Origin: a virus
DNA: 58,693 bases
IMG/VR virus record: IMGVR_UViG_3300035698_012504
Location: 1-58,693 of that record
Strand: one strand, 5' to 3'
The notes beneath the pieces are model-generated. The model searched no databases and was not told the origin of the DNA. It was given only the letters and a program-made list of their open reading frames with translations. The translations under genes and the position numbers were made by a program. Within the stretch, counting starts at the first letter, position 1; every line of letters begins with the position of its first letter. This document shows, piece after piece, positions 43,501-51,155 of this stretch.

Positions 43501-43803
43501 CACTATTGGTCTGATAATGGTGTATCACAGACTGTAACATTTAACGAAAATGAATCTAATTCGATTAAAGATGTGTTAGAAGTATATGAAGACAAAATAA
43601 AAGCTGTATCATTTTTACCTCTTGATGTGAAATCATATAAACAAATGCCATATGAAGAAATTACAAAAGAAAAATATGAATTATATATATCAACCCTAAA
43701 ACCTTTAAAATTATCGAAGATAAAAATGACTAAAGAAGAAGAGATAGAATCAAAAGAAACGCTAAAATTCTGCGATAATGGTAGTTGTGAAATTAAAAAA
43801 TAG
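40573..43803 (+). CDS. ribonucleotide reductase catalytic subunit (NrdJ-like; class not resolvable by eye) interrupted by an intein
   Basis: Active-site GLNPCAE, YKRTYSR, and TTKPSG|..|TVSLLPG re-joined across the intein. C-terminal Cys pair CDNGSC. Confidence 0.8.
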   Translation: MTKVDMSDWVFPIREKFNLTENFLDQYTNEQPNWGPVGAITYKRTYSRYIEKEDRYEEFWETLKRVVEGCYTIQLNHCKNLRLYWNAHKAQKSAQKMFELMWNFKFLPPGRMLWTLGEDVVWKKGVAVLLNCGFCSTEDLHYDFSGPFCWLMDVALLGVGCGFDLKGAGKVKIQEPKVGDYVFTIDDSREGWRDAVEVVLNSYVHKSKMPREFDFSKIRPNGSFIKTFGGIAPGPGPLKLCIEEIKLVLNKCVDKYITSVNIVDIFNIVGKCVVSGGQRRSSEIAIGEYDDIDFLNMKNPEKYEKELKDWRWNSNNSVFAEVGADYTQLTKHIINNGEPGIVYLDNMRKYGRIKDGEKWEDEGVCGLNPCAEMSLSKYEMCLLCETFPANHENEEEFLETLKYAYLLAKSVTLVPSHDERTNQVMLRNRRIGLSMSGITDAIYKFGRRRFLNEFCDSGYNNIRKLDKLYSRWLCVPKSIKVTTTKPSGCRPGRSLTSTDRGILSLDELLEEHPEDLEWNNDHSDSYVYQKNSKNKILRTYRNSTSKIIKIKMNYNLDFECTPNHMVFVSEHMNASSEKGGYKRIDVNKWICANDVRAGDIIHISMNSYRKNICSKLSHSAIPDTFIGARGNIITQPEYMNNDLAWIIGYLYGDGCLSRHKFRTRFIDENKYNLEKAKKIIYDLFGLDSNIKPASQDRNAFVLEIGSRHLWDFWNINGITKYDEQGNISVIPRIVRESSKENILAFISGLIDSDGCVFVRDGDVGICISTAYDNFAKNIQEVGFSVGLCFGRSLNTEGENKQEIKHIWNLTLNSHTDINSLHVLLKTSNKLIKINDMRNPPHDISFKCLTESQNVLILGKVVSVHELEGYEETYDLEVDKDHWYYSGGIKSHNTVSLLPGSNPGIHFPHSEYYIRRIEFQKNSPFIKPLEIAGYKKEQSYYKKNSWIFEFPIRTKNFFKSKRDITIWEQMALHADIQHYWSDNGVSQTVTFNENESNSIKDVLEVYEDKIKAVSFLPLDVKSYKQMPYEEITKEKYELYISTLKPLKLSKIKMTKEEEIESKETLKFCDNGSCEIKK
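42037..43248 (+). mobile_element. intein (404 aa) with a LAGLIDADG homing-endonuclease domain
   Basis: Starts with Cys (CRPGRSL..) and ends SHN with +1 Thr. Block B TPNH. Two LAGLIDADG motifs, LAWIIGYLYGDGCL and LAFISGLIDSDGCV. In frame, 1212 nt. Confidence 0.85.
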
Positions 43804-43813
43804 TTTTTTTTAG

Positions 43814-43823
43814 TGAGGACAAA
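43814..43823 (+). promoter_or_regulatory. TGAGGACAAA motif, site 3 (intergenic, 52 nt upstream of ATG 43875)
   Basis: Identical 10-mer. The match extends to 13 nt (TGAGGACAAATTA) with site 4. Confidence 0.45.
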
Positions 43824-43874
43824 TTAGTATAAGATAGTACCTCGTGTACAAATTAATTAAAAAGGAGAGAAACC

Positions 43875-43961
43875 ATGAGTGTTTTAGAAATTATCACAGC
43901 GATTATTAACTTTTTGTCAATGATACTGTCAATTCTAGCTGGGTTGGACATATCTATTTAA
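43875..43961 (+). CDS. 28-aa hydrophobic peptide (below the ORF-track cutoff)
   Basis: AAAGGAGAG 5 nt upstream. MSVLEIITAIINFLSMILSILAGLDISI. The stop lies 1 nt before the next ATG. Confidence 0.45.
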   Translation: MSVLEIITAIINFLSMILSILAGLDISI

Positions 43962-43962
43962 T

Positions 43963-44340
43963 ATGAACAGTTCTAAATCCTTTATAGAAGCGAATCTACG
44001 CAAGGTCGCAGCTGCTGAAGATAAGATGGGTGGGTTTAATAAAACTACTCAGTCTGATCAAATTACTATGAATATTAAGACGGCTATCAATCGACAATCT
44101 GATAGATTAAAAGTATGTAGTGGTAGAAGTAATCCTATTGCTAAACTAGAATGTGAGGTCAAGATATATAGACGGCTTGTCGGATTCATAGGAGGCCTAT
44201 CTGGGAAGTGTAATAGAGACGCTAATCCAGATAGATGTAAAGAAAAAGTTTTAAAGTTTAGAGATAATTATCAAGAAACTTTGAAACAACGTGAGTTGAA
44301 ATTAAATACTTTAAAAGAAAAGGCAAGGAAAGGTAACTAA
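43963..44340 (+). CDS. small basic Cys4-domain protein (125 aa), MxxS[EK]xF[IL] family
   Basis: N-terminus MNSSKSFIEANL. C-x11-C-x18-C-x8-C pattern shared with 49862 and 53000. Confidence 0.7.
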   Translation: MNSSKSFIEANLRKVAAAEDKMGGFNKTTQSDQITMNIKTAINRQSDRLKVCSGRSNPIAKLECEVKIYRRLVGFIGGLSGKCNRDANPDRCKEKVLKFRDNYQETLKQRELKLNTLKEKARKGN

Positions 44341-44344
44341 CTTA

Positions 44345-45505
44345 ATGCCAGACCCTAAAAATATTCTCTCATTCAAACCACCTGGTGAGCTTGAAAAGAG
44401 AATAGATGAACAATGTCCAGACGAATTAAATGTTTATATCGATTTTAAAAATATTGCAACAGCTCTATACGTAGAGGACGTTGCAAAAGATATAGTCTTC
44501 AATTCTACAGGAACTAAATTTTTAGATAGCACTATATTTCAAGCAGTATTATATACTATTTCATGGTGGAAGAAGTATTCTAAGGAAAGAGGTCTAAAAT
44601 GTAATCTATATTTTTTCTCCGATTTTGGTAAATCGGCGTATCATAGAGAGATACATACAGGATATAAAGAAAATAGAGCTATCGCTAACCTCAAAGATCC
44701 AGAACTATATGAAGATTTATTTAAGATCAGAATGAAAAATTCTGAATTATCTGAGAAGGTAATTAATAAAATACCAGGATGTCATTTCTTTTATTTAAGC
44801 TATCTAGAATCTGATTTCGTACCATACTATCTGATAACTAGAAAGATAACTAATAAAAATGCTATAAATGTAATTTGTTCTAATGATAAGGATATGTTTC
44901 AAATTTTAGAAGAAGATAATATTGTTCAGATATATACCATGAGAGGCAATAGGCATTTAGTAGATAAAGATAATTGCCTAATTTCATATACGAAGCTCAG
45001 CAAATCGTCTGAGAAGATTCAACAAGATCTAATATATCAAATATCTAAATTGGAAATAGCTGATATACCTATGGTTATGGCACTCGTTGGAGATAAGAGT
45101 GATGACATTCCTGGCGTAAAAGGCATAGGTCCTAAGAATGCTGTTAGAATGATATCTGAATCAGATACAGTTGAAAAAACGATAGGATCTGGGCTTATAG
45201 ATAGAGTAGCAAGCGGAGGAAATGTATTTATAGATACAGACCCAGAGCATGCTACTTCTAAAAAATGGGAAGCAGCTTTAGAATCTAACGAAACTGTTAC
45301 TAAAGCTTATAAAATGATATCATATGAATGCTTATCTCGATGGTTGGAACTTAAAAATTCAATTGAGAAAATAAATTGGATTAAGTACATGGATGATATA
45401 CTGAATAAAAAAGATGACATTAATAAGAATTCATTTATAGACGCATTATCTAAGTTAGATGATATATATCTTGAGTTAGAAGATGTTGAAAATATTTTTA
45501 TATAG
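44345..45505 (+). CDS. 5'-3' exonuclease / flap endonuclease (T4 RNase H-like)
   Basis: H3TH motif LVGDKSDDIPGVKGIGPKNAVRMI. Acidic N-terminal nuclease residues. Confidence 0.8.
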   Translation: MPDPKNILSFKPPGELEKRIDEQCPDELNVYIDFKNIATALYVEDVAKDIVFNSTGTKFLDSTIFQAVLYTISWWKKYSKERGLKCNLYFFSDFGKSAYHREIHTGYKENRAIANLKDPELYEDLFKIRMKNSELSEKVINKIPGCHFFYLSYLESDFVPYYLITRKITNKNAINVICSNDKDMFQILEEDNIVQIYTMRGNRHLVDKDNCLISYTKLSKSSEKIQQDLIYQISKLEIADIPMVMALVGDKSDDIPGVKGIGPKNAVRMISESDTVEKTIGSGLIDRVASGGNVFIDTDPEHATSKKWEAALESNETVTKAYKMISYECLSRWLELKNSIEKINWIKYMDDILNKKDDINKNSFIDALSKLDDIYLELEDVENIFI

Positions 45506-45515
45506 GAGGATTATT

Positions 45516-45842
45516 ATGACTGGAAGAGATCTGTTGAATCAGTTACAAACTCATCCAGAGCTTCTTGACCAAGAAATAGATGGAATCTGGATCAAGCCTA
45601 AGTGTTACGAACGAGAAGGGTATAGAAGTAATACTTGTGTCTGCACAGGATATAAACTTTCTTATAATATTGGGGATCACCCTCTTGCTAGTATTTTCAA
45701 CTTCCGTCCGAGAATAATCGAGTTATTTAATACTCCTATTTTCGCTACACCTAAAACAGAAAACTCTATTGTAATAGGAGTAGATATCATTAGCCCATTG
45801 GACGAACCATCAGACTGGTTTGACGAACAAATAGGAACGTAA
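45516..45842 (+). CDS. hypothetical protein (108 aa)
   Basis: ATG 45516 follows TAGGAGGA. ORF-track start 45483 rejected. Confidence 0.7.
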   Translation: MTGRDLLNQLQTHPELLDQEIDGIWIKPKCYEREGYRSNTCVCTGYKLSYNIGDHPLASIFNFRPRIIELFNTPIFATPKTENSIVIGVDIISPLDEPSDWFDEQIGT

Positions 45843-45844
45843 AA

Positions 45845-46570
45845 ATGCTAACCTGGAATCAAGTTTTAACATATGTAAAAGGTAGATTGGCTCTTCCATC
45901 ATCCTTCATAGAGAAGACAGATGAAGAGATCAAAGATTGGTGTAAGCTCACATCTCTTAAAGAGTTTAGTCAATACTATCCAGATTCAGAACGTACAAGT
46001 GTACTTCCTCATATAGCAGAGTATCAACACGATACTAGAAATAGTTGGTATTATTTCTTCGATGAAGAAAACAGTGAGATTCTGGGGATTAAAGAATGCT
46101 ATTGGCCATGCACTGATAATTTTATCTCAGGCCACCCACCTACAGGAGCAACTAGTTTTGAAGGTATGAAATGGTGGTCTTTGTCTGTATTTAAAGCAAG
46201 ATTTTTTTCACCTTTCTCTGCATGGAGTAAGACATATAGATTTAGAGCTCCTAATATTGTAGAGGTATTAGGAGACGATAGTATAAGTACATTAGCTACT
46301 AATTTTGTTGTTGAATATGAAAGAGTTCATCCCGATGATCTTAGAAAGATCCCAGTATCTCTTCATAGAGTGTTTATGGATCTTTGCCTAGCTGATACAA
46401 TGATTATGATAGGAAGTATTCGCAGAGGATATACTGAGATTAATACCCCATTTGGTCAAATTCCATTAAATGCTGACGCTCTCCTAAGTGAGGGACAAGA
46501 AATGCGAAGAGATTTGATAGAAAAAATGGAAAGAGGTAGTTTGCCAGCCGTTATAATCGATATTGGATAA
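45845..46570 (+). CDS. possible neck / head-completion protein (T4 gp13-like N-terminus)
   Basis: VKGRLALPSSFIEKTDEEIKDWCKLTSLKEFSQYYP resembles the gp13-type pattern RLG.P...VELT..QI......AL..F..Y. From memory only. Confidence 0.3.
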   Translation: MLTWNQVLTYVKGRLALPSSFIEKTDEEIKDWCKLTSLKEFSQYYPDSERTSVLPHIAEYQHDTRNSWYYFFDEENSEILGIKECYWPCTDNFISGHPPTGATSFEGMKWWSLSVFKARFFSPFSAWSKTYRFRAPNIVEVLGDDSISTLATNFVVEYERVHPDDLRKIPVSLHRVFMDLCLADTMIMIGSIRRGYTEINTPFGQIPLNADALLSEGQEMRRDLIEKMERGSLPAVIIDIG

Positions 46571-46573
46571 GTT

Positions 46574-48415
46574 ATGATAAACTGTAAAATATGTGATAAA
46601 GAATTTAAGAATTTAGTTCAACTATCAGGACATATCCGTAGTTTTCATAAAATAAATATTATGATATACTATTTAAAATATATTAATTCTAATAATAAAT
46701 GTCCTATATGTGGCCAGTTATGTAACTTTAAAGGACTTGGCAAAGGATTTACTAAAACTTGTTCGGCGTCGTGCGGCGGAAAACACGGGGTAGAAAAACG
46801 AAAACGAAGCAGTCTTGAACGATATGGTGTTGAATGCACATTGCAAGCTGAAGAGACTAAAATTAAAACTAAAAAAACATTTCAAAAAAGGTATGGTGTA
46901 GATCATGTATCGAGATCTAAAAAAATCAGAGATCGTGCTAAACATACTATGATAGAAAAATATGGTGTAGAATATTCCGGCCAGTCATCAGAGATAAGAA
47001 CTAAAATGAAACAAACTAACCTGAAACGATATGGTGTTGAAAATCCACTACAATCTAAGGAAATAAGAGATAAGATTAAGAAAACTAATTTAGAACTATA
47101 TGGTGTTGAAAATGTTGGTCAGAATAAAGATATTAAATCTAAGATTAAAAAAACTAATTTGAACCGACATGGTGTTGAATGTGTTTTCCAATCTGAAAAA
47201 GTGAAAGAAAAAATTAAAAATACAAATCTAAAAAAATATGGTGTAGAACACGCTTCTAACTCTAAAGAAATTAGAGACAAAATTGAGAAAACTAATTTAA
47301 AGAAATATGGTGTAAAAACAATTCTGCAATTAGATGAAATAATATATAATACTACACAAAAAAGAAGAAGCAAATTTTTCACTAATCTTATTAATTCTGA
47401 TCGACTTAAAAATAAATGCGCTCCAAATTTCACAGAGAATGATTTTCAAGGGGTTGATTTTGAATATTCTTGGAACTGCATTAAATGTGGAAATGATTTT
47501 AACGATAGTGTAGACAATGGCAAAATCCCAAGATGCTCAAATTGTTATCCTAAATTGAATAGTTGTTCCAAAGGTGAGAAAGAGATTTTTGATTTTTGTA
47601 GATCAATCTTAACCGACGATATTGAAATAATAGAGAATGACCGCTCTGTATTAATCGGTAAGGAACTCGACGTCTACATACTATCCAATAACCTTGCTAT
47701 CGAATATAATGGTTTATACTGGCATTCGGATCTTAATGGTAAAAATAAAGATTATCACTTGGATAAAACTTATAAATGTAAAGAAAAAGGAATAAATCTT
47801 TTACATGTCTTCGAAGATGAATGGATTGATAAGCTAGAAATTGTTAAGTCTATAATCAAAAATAAACTAGGGTTAACTAAATATCGGGTATTTGCTCGTA
47901 AATGTACTATTAAAGAAGTTGCAAATGATAATGCCCAATTATTTTTATTTGATAACCACATTCAGGGTTCTATCAAAGGAACACAATATGGACTATATTT
48001 CGAAGACGAATTAGTTTCTATTTTAACCATTGGTAAATCCAGATATAATAAAAAATACGAATATGAAATATTAAGATTTTGTAATAAGATTAATACTAGT
48101 GTTGTTGGTGGGTTCTCTAAATTATTAAAGTATTTTAAAACTAAATATAATCCTAAATCAATTATCACATATTGTGATTTAAGATATGGAACTGGTGAAG
48201 TTTATTTAAAGAATGGATTTAGTTTTACTTCTAAATCTAAGCCTTCTTATTATTATGTTAAGAATGGAGATAGATCCTCTAGAATTAAATTTCAGAAGCA
48301 TAAATTAAAAAATTTATTAGAATCATTTGATTCAAATTTAACTGAGTGGCAGAATATGCAACTCAATGGGTATGATCGTATTTGGGACTGTGGTTGTAAT
48401 GTGTACACATTATAA
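46574..48415 (+). CDS. Hef-like homing endonuclease candidate: C2H2 zinc finger, 8 x 23-aa repeats, and a PD-(D/E)XK/Vsr-like nuclease-like region
   Basis: CKICDKEF..H...FH. Repeats of [KR]YGVE.....[KE]I[RK].K.K.TN. ELDVYILSNNLAIEYNGLYWHS...H.FEDEW. Confidence 0.5.
   Translation: MINCKICDKEFKNLVQLSGHIRSFHKINIMIYYLKYINSNNKCPICGQLCNFKGLGKGFTKTCSASCGGKHGVEKRKRSSLERYGVECTLQAEETKIKTKKTFQKRYGVDHVSRSKKIRDRAKHTMIEKYGVEYSGQSSEIRTKMKQTNLKRYGVENPLQSKEIRDKIKKTNLELYGVENVGQNKDIKSKIKKTNLNRHGVECVFQSEKVKEKIKNTNLKKYGVEHASNSKEIRDKIEKTNLKKYGVKTILQLDEIIYNTTQKRRSKFFTNLINSDRLKNKCAPNFTENDFQGVDFEYSWNCIKCGNDFNDSVDNGKIPRCSNCYPKLNSCSKGEKEIFDFCRSILTDDIEIIENDRSVLIGKELDVYILSNNLAIEYNGLYWHSDLNGKNKDYHLDKTYKCKEKGINLLHVFEDEWIDKLEIVKSIIKNKLGLTKYRVFARKCTIKEVANDNAQLFLFDNHIQGSIKGTQYGLYFEDELVSILTIGKSRYNKKYEYEILRFCNKINTSVVGGFSKLLKYFKTKYNPKSIITYCDLRYGTGEVYLKNGFSFTSKSKPSYYYVKNGDRSSRIKFQKHKLKNLLESFDSNLTEWQNMQLNGYDRIWDCGCNVYTL
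46823..47374 (+). repeat. eight tandem 69-nt (23-codon) coding repeats, YGVExxxQSKEIRDKIKKTNLxx
   Basis: The Tyr codon of YGV recurs at 46823, 46892 ... 47306 with a 69-nt period. The last unit is degenerate. Confidence 0.8.
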
Positions 48416-48421
48416 ATATAT

Positions 48422-48449
48422 GAGAAGTAGCAATGGAGAAGTAGCAATG
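48422..48449 (+). repeat. perfect 14-nt tandem duplication GAGAAGTAGCAATG x2 spanning a start codon
   Basis: Read directly. The junction creates GGAG 8 nt upstream of ATG 48447. Confidence 0.9.
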
Positions 48450-48947
48450 GAAAAGAAAACATATGTAAGTGAACGGAAAATTGAAGAACTTCTAAGTCCA
48501 GAAGTTTTAAAAGAAGGTAGTTATTATGGAGGGGGTACTATCATTCAGGCAGAAGATAGATCAAAAAAAGTAGGTTGGCAGCTGTTGGCTGGTGCTGCTA
48601 CATCGTATATGCTTTTTGATTCAGGATTACCTAAAAAGAAGGGAGAAATGTTAGGGGCAAACATAGCACTTTTTCCAAAGGGTGGGCTCTCAAGTAAGGT
48701 GGTCGCCGATGCAAAAGGAGTTAAAAATATAGATTGTAATGTTAGATGGAATTCTGGTTCCAATCCATATCATAAGTTTACCGTAGAAGTTAAAGGGGCA
48801 ACATATGAAATAGTTGCTGATGCAGATGCAGGGAATGCTATGAAATTTTGGGGGCCAATATTTACTGGGATGTTTCTCACCTTGTTTTGGAGCATTCCAT
48901 TAGCAGCATTTCTATCGTACACTGGAACTATAACAAGAATAAAATAG
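48447..48947 (+). CDS. hypothetical protein with a C-terminal transmembrane helix (166 aa); start 48447 or 48420
   Basis: C-terminus FWGPIFTGMFLTLFWSIPLAAFL. GGAG lies 8 nt upstream of 48447. Confidence 0.6.
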   Translation: MEKKTYVSERKIEELLSPEVLKEGSYYGGGTIIQAEDRSKKVGWQLLAGAATSYMLFDSGLPKKKGEMLGANIALFPKGGLSSKVVADAKGVKNIDCNVRWNSGSNPYHKFTVEVKGATYEIVADADAGNAMKFWGPIFTGMFLTLFWSIPLAAFLSYTGTITRIK

Positions 48948-48959
48948 AAAGATACATAA

Positions 48960-49862
48960 ATGAATCCAGTCTGGTTTGAGAACAATAAAAAATATCAGGA
49001 CGAACTAAAGTCCCTTAGAAAGTTTAGAATAAATCCAAACGATATATGTCATATTGTCATAACCCATTTCAATATTAATCTAAGTAAAAACGTAGGGCAT
49101 ACTGGAAGAGAATATAAACGAAATTGGCAAAAGCCAATTCTTAAACAAGGAATTGGTAAAAAATGGATGCAACAAAGAACAGAATTATTTGATCAAATTT
49201 GTTATCCATCTATGTTAAATCAAACGAATCAGAATTTCGAATGGTTTACTTTTTTTGATAAGGATACAACTGATATAAAATCATACAGAAAATATAATCG
49301 AATGCATCCAATGCTTATACCATATAAGGATCCATTTAGATATCAGACACACATAATACAAAATCTCCTTATTGATCGAGGCATTAAAAAGAAGTGGTTT
49401 ATATTCACAAAGTTAGATAATGATGATGCTCTTAACAAAACATTTATAGATAGACTACAAAACATTTGGCTTCCGTATTGTATAAAACATAATAGAGAAT
49501 TTTCTATGGTTTGTTTTACAAGTGGCGTAATGGCCCTAAAGAGACCCGATGGAAAAAGTAAACTCATGACCAAAGAAGATAGATATGGACCATTCGTAAA
49601 TACAATAGAGAAATTTAATAAAGATTACAAGAAGTTTAAAACATGTTGGCATAGCTATCATACTACTATGCATGACAAAGCTTTTCCAGAGAGTGTAGTT
49701 AGATACACAGATAAGAGTGATCCTATGTGGTTTATATACGATCACGAATTTAATTTGTGTGATAGAGATCCAAGATTAAAGGAAAAGACCGATTATACTG
49801 GGACAGAGAAAGACCTAATAGAAAGGTTTAATATTAATCCTAAATACGTGAGGTTAAAATAA
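48960..49862 (+). CDS. putative rhamnosyl-transferase-like glycosyltransferase, paralogue of 34129
   Basis: WMQQRTELFDQICYPSMLNQTNQNFEW and TKLDNDDALNKTF. Confidence 0.4.
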   Translation: MNPVWFENNKKYQDELKSLRKFRINPNDICHIVITHFNINLSKNVGHTGREYKRNWQKPILKQGIGKKWMQQRTELFDQICYPSMLNQTNQNFEWFTFFDKDTTDIKSYRKYNRMHPMLIPYKDPFRYQTHIIQNLLIDRGIKKKWFIFTKLDNDDALNKTFIDRLQNIWLPYCIKHNREFSMVCFTSGVMALKRPDGKSKLMTKEDRYGPFVNTIEKFNKDYKKFKTCWHSYHTTMHDKAFPESVVRYTDKSDPMWFIYDHEFNLCDRDPRLKEKTDYTGTEKDLIERFNINPKYVRLK

Positions 49863-50158
49863 TGTATATATCTGAGAAGTTTATAGAGAACACAGTAAAT
49901 TCTTATTTTTCTTGGAGGTATGTCGGAACCTCTGTAAGAAAGGCGAAGTCTGTTTGTAATAAATATAAAAGTAATCCCTCAAAGTATAACTCATGTATGG
50001 TAAGAGGATTGAGCCATTATAGACGTACAGTTAAATCCAATGTGAGTAAACATTGTGGTAAAGGAAAAACTCCCCAACATAAAAGAAGCTGTATAAACGT
50101 GGCTAATAAAATCATCTCTAGTTTTACCAATAAAATTGAAAAATATAAAGGTAGATAA
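49862..50158 (+). CDS. MY[IV]SE-family small basic Cys4-domain protein (98 aa)
   Basis: N-terminus MYISEKFIENT. C-x12-C-x19-C-x11-C. TAATG overlap. Confidence 0.7.
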   Translation: MYISEKFIENTVNSYFSWRYVGTSVRKAKSVCNKYKSNPSKYNSCMVRGLSHYRRTVKSNVSKHCGKGKTPQHKRSCINVANKIISSFTNKIEKYKGR

Positions 50159-50159
50159 A

Positions 50160-50720
50160 ATGAACTCTAAGGAAAAAGGTGGACGGTTTGAACGAAAAGT
50201 TGCTAGAGACCTTTCTAAGCTTTGGAGTGATGGGAAGCGGGATGATCTTTTTTGGCGTTCTCAATCTAGCGGTGGAAGACATACTATCAGAGCTAAGAAA
50301 GGGTTAGTTACTGAAGGGCAAGCTGTAGATATAGCATCCACATCTAAAGAGACAGCTATTTTTTCTGAAAAAGTAATTGTAGAGTGTAAACATTACAAAG
50401 AAATTAATTTATGGGACCTCATTACTGGTAGTGAGGAGACAGGGCTTCGGGGATGGTGGAATGGGACTAAAGAGATAGGATTGTCAGAACGTAAACATCC
50501 TATACTTATTGCAAAACAAAATTATAGACCAGAATTGTTTATATGTGAAAGTACTCTCACTTGTAATCTAAAAGAATATATTACTCTTGATATAAAAGCG
50601 ATGTTTTTAGATAAATGGAAAGACACAGTAGATATATATTTATTTGAAGATATCCTTAAGTGTAGTTCAGAAAGTTTTAAAGATATGATTAATATCATAG
50701 GAGAAAATAACAATGCATGA
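50160..50720 (+). CDS. Hjc-like PD-(D/E)XK nuclease (Holliday-junction-resolvase-like)
   Basis: KGGRFERKVARDL ... VDIAS ... VECKHYK, i.e. the KG..FER / D / E.K arrangement. ATG 50160 follows the upstream stop. Confidence 0.5.
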   Translation: MNSKEKGGRFERKVARDLSKLWSDGKRDDLFWRSQSSGGRHTIRAKKGLVTEGQAVDIASTSKETAIFSEKVIVECKHYKEINLWDLITGSEETGLRGWWNGTKEIGLSERKHPILIAKQNYRPELFICESTLTCNLKEYITLDIKAMFLDKWKDTVDIYLFEDILKCSSESFKDMINIIGENNNA

Positions 50721-50859
50721 ATCTAATATGTTTATAGATTATTTAGAAGAGAAATCGGCGGTAATAGTAGGAGTGGGAGGGGCGGCAGTGGCGGCAGGTG
50801 GTGCTGGATATCTAGCATATAGAAGTATGAAAAAGAAACAAGCAGCGAAAAAGAAATAA
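50713..50859 (+). CDS. 48-aa Gly/Ala-rich membrane peptide with a basic tail (below the ORF-track cutoff)
   Basis: ATGCATGA overlap with the upstream stop. SAVIVGVGGAAVAAGGAGYLAY then RSMKKKQAAKKK. Confidence 0.45.
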   Translation: MHESNMFIDYLEEKSAVIVGVGGAAVAAGGAGYLAYRSMKKKQAAKKK

Positions 50860-50870
50860 GGAGTATATTT

Positions 50871-51131
50871 ATGTTTGGGTTTCCAACTACTAGAGTCGGT
50901 AATGGACTTCAAGTTAAGAATGGAATTATTGTTAAAACCGGTAGGTATAATATACTTAATCTTAGAGAAGAAGGGGTTAATGTTGAGTTAGGAGATGTTA
51001 AAATTGAAGACGGGTTTCTTATAATCAATAATATTCCGATTGTTCCCCCGATTCCATTAGCGATATTACCACCAGGTACTATATATGCTCTTCCGTCTGG
51101 TGTAGTGATGGTTAAACTTCCGTCATCATAA
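50871..51131 (+). CDS. hypothetical protein (86 aa)
   Basis: AAGGAG RBS. The competing minus-strand ORF 50909-51430 is rejected. Confidence 0.6.
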   Translation: MFGFPTTRVGNGLQVKNGIIVKTGRYNILNLREEGVNVELGDVKIEDGFLIINNIPIVPPIPLAILPPGTIYALPSGVVMVKLPSS

Positions 51132-51155
51132 TTATTAAAATAGAGGAATATAAAA

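Noticed and set aside
43804-43812. The A6-TAG-T8 sequence right after the RNR stop as an intrinsic terminator.
   Set aside because: The stem would be pure A:T with a 3-nt loop, which is too weak to call.
48411-48418. TATAAATA (T4 late-promoter consensus) overlapping the stop codon of the Hef-like gene. Similar ATAAATA strings lie before several genes (18600, 20730, 24478).
   Set aside because: In DNA this AT-rich such words are common. I could not show enrichment upstream of genes by eye.
1077-50160. Longer N-terminal extensions offered by the ORF track (starts at 1077, 2296, 2873, 6789, 8218, 8517, 9075, 9939, 12210, 12957, 15041, 26308, 32621, 38472, 45483, 48366, 50136).
   Set aside because: In each case a downstream ATG or GTG coincides with the upstream stop (ATGA, TAATG) or follows a GGAG-type RBS. 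The extension would overlap the preceding gene in another frame.
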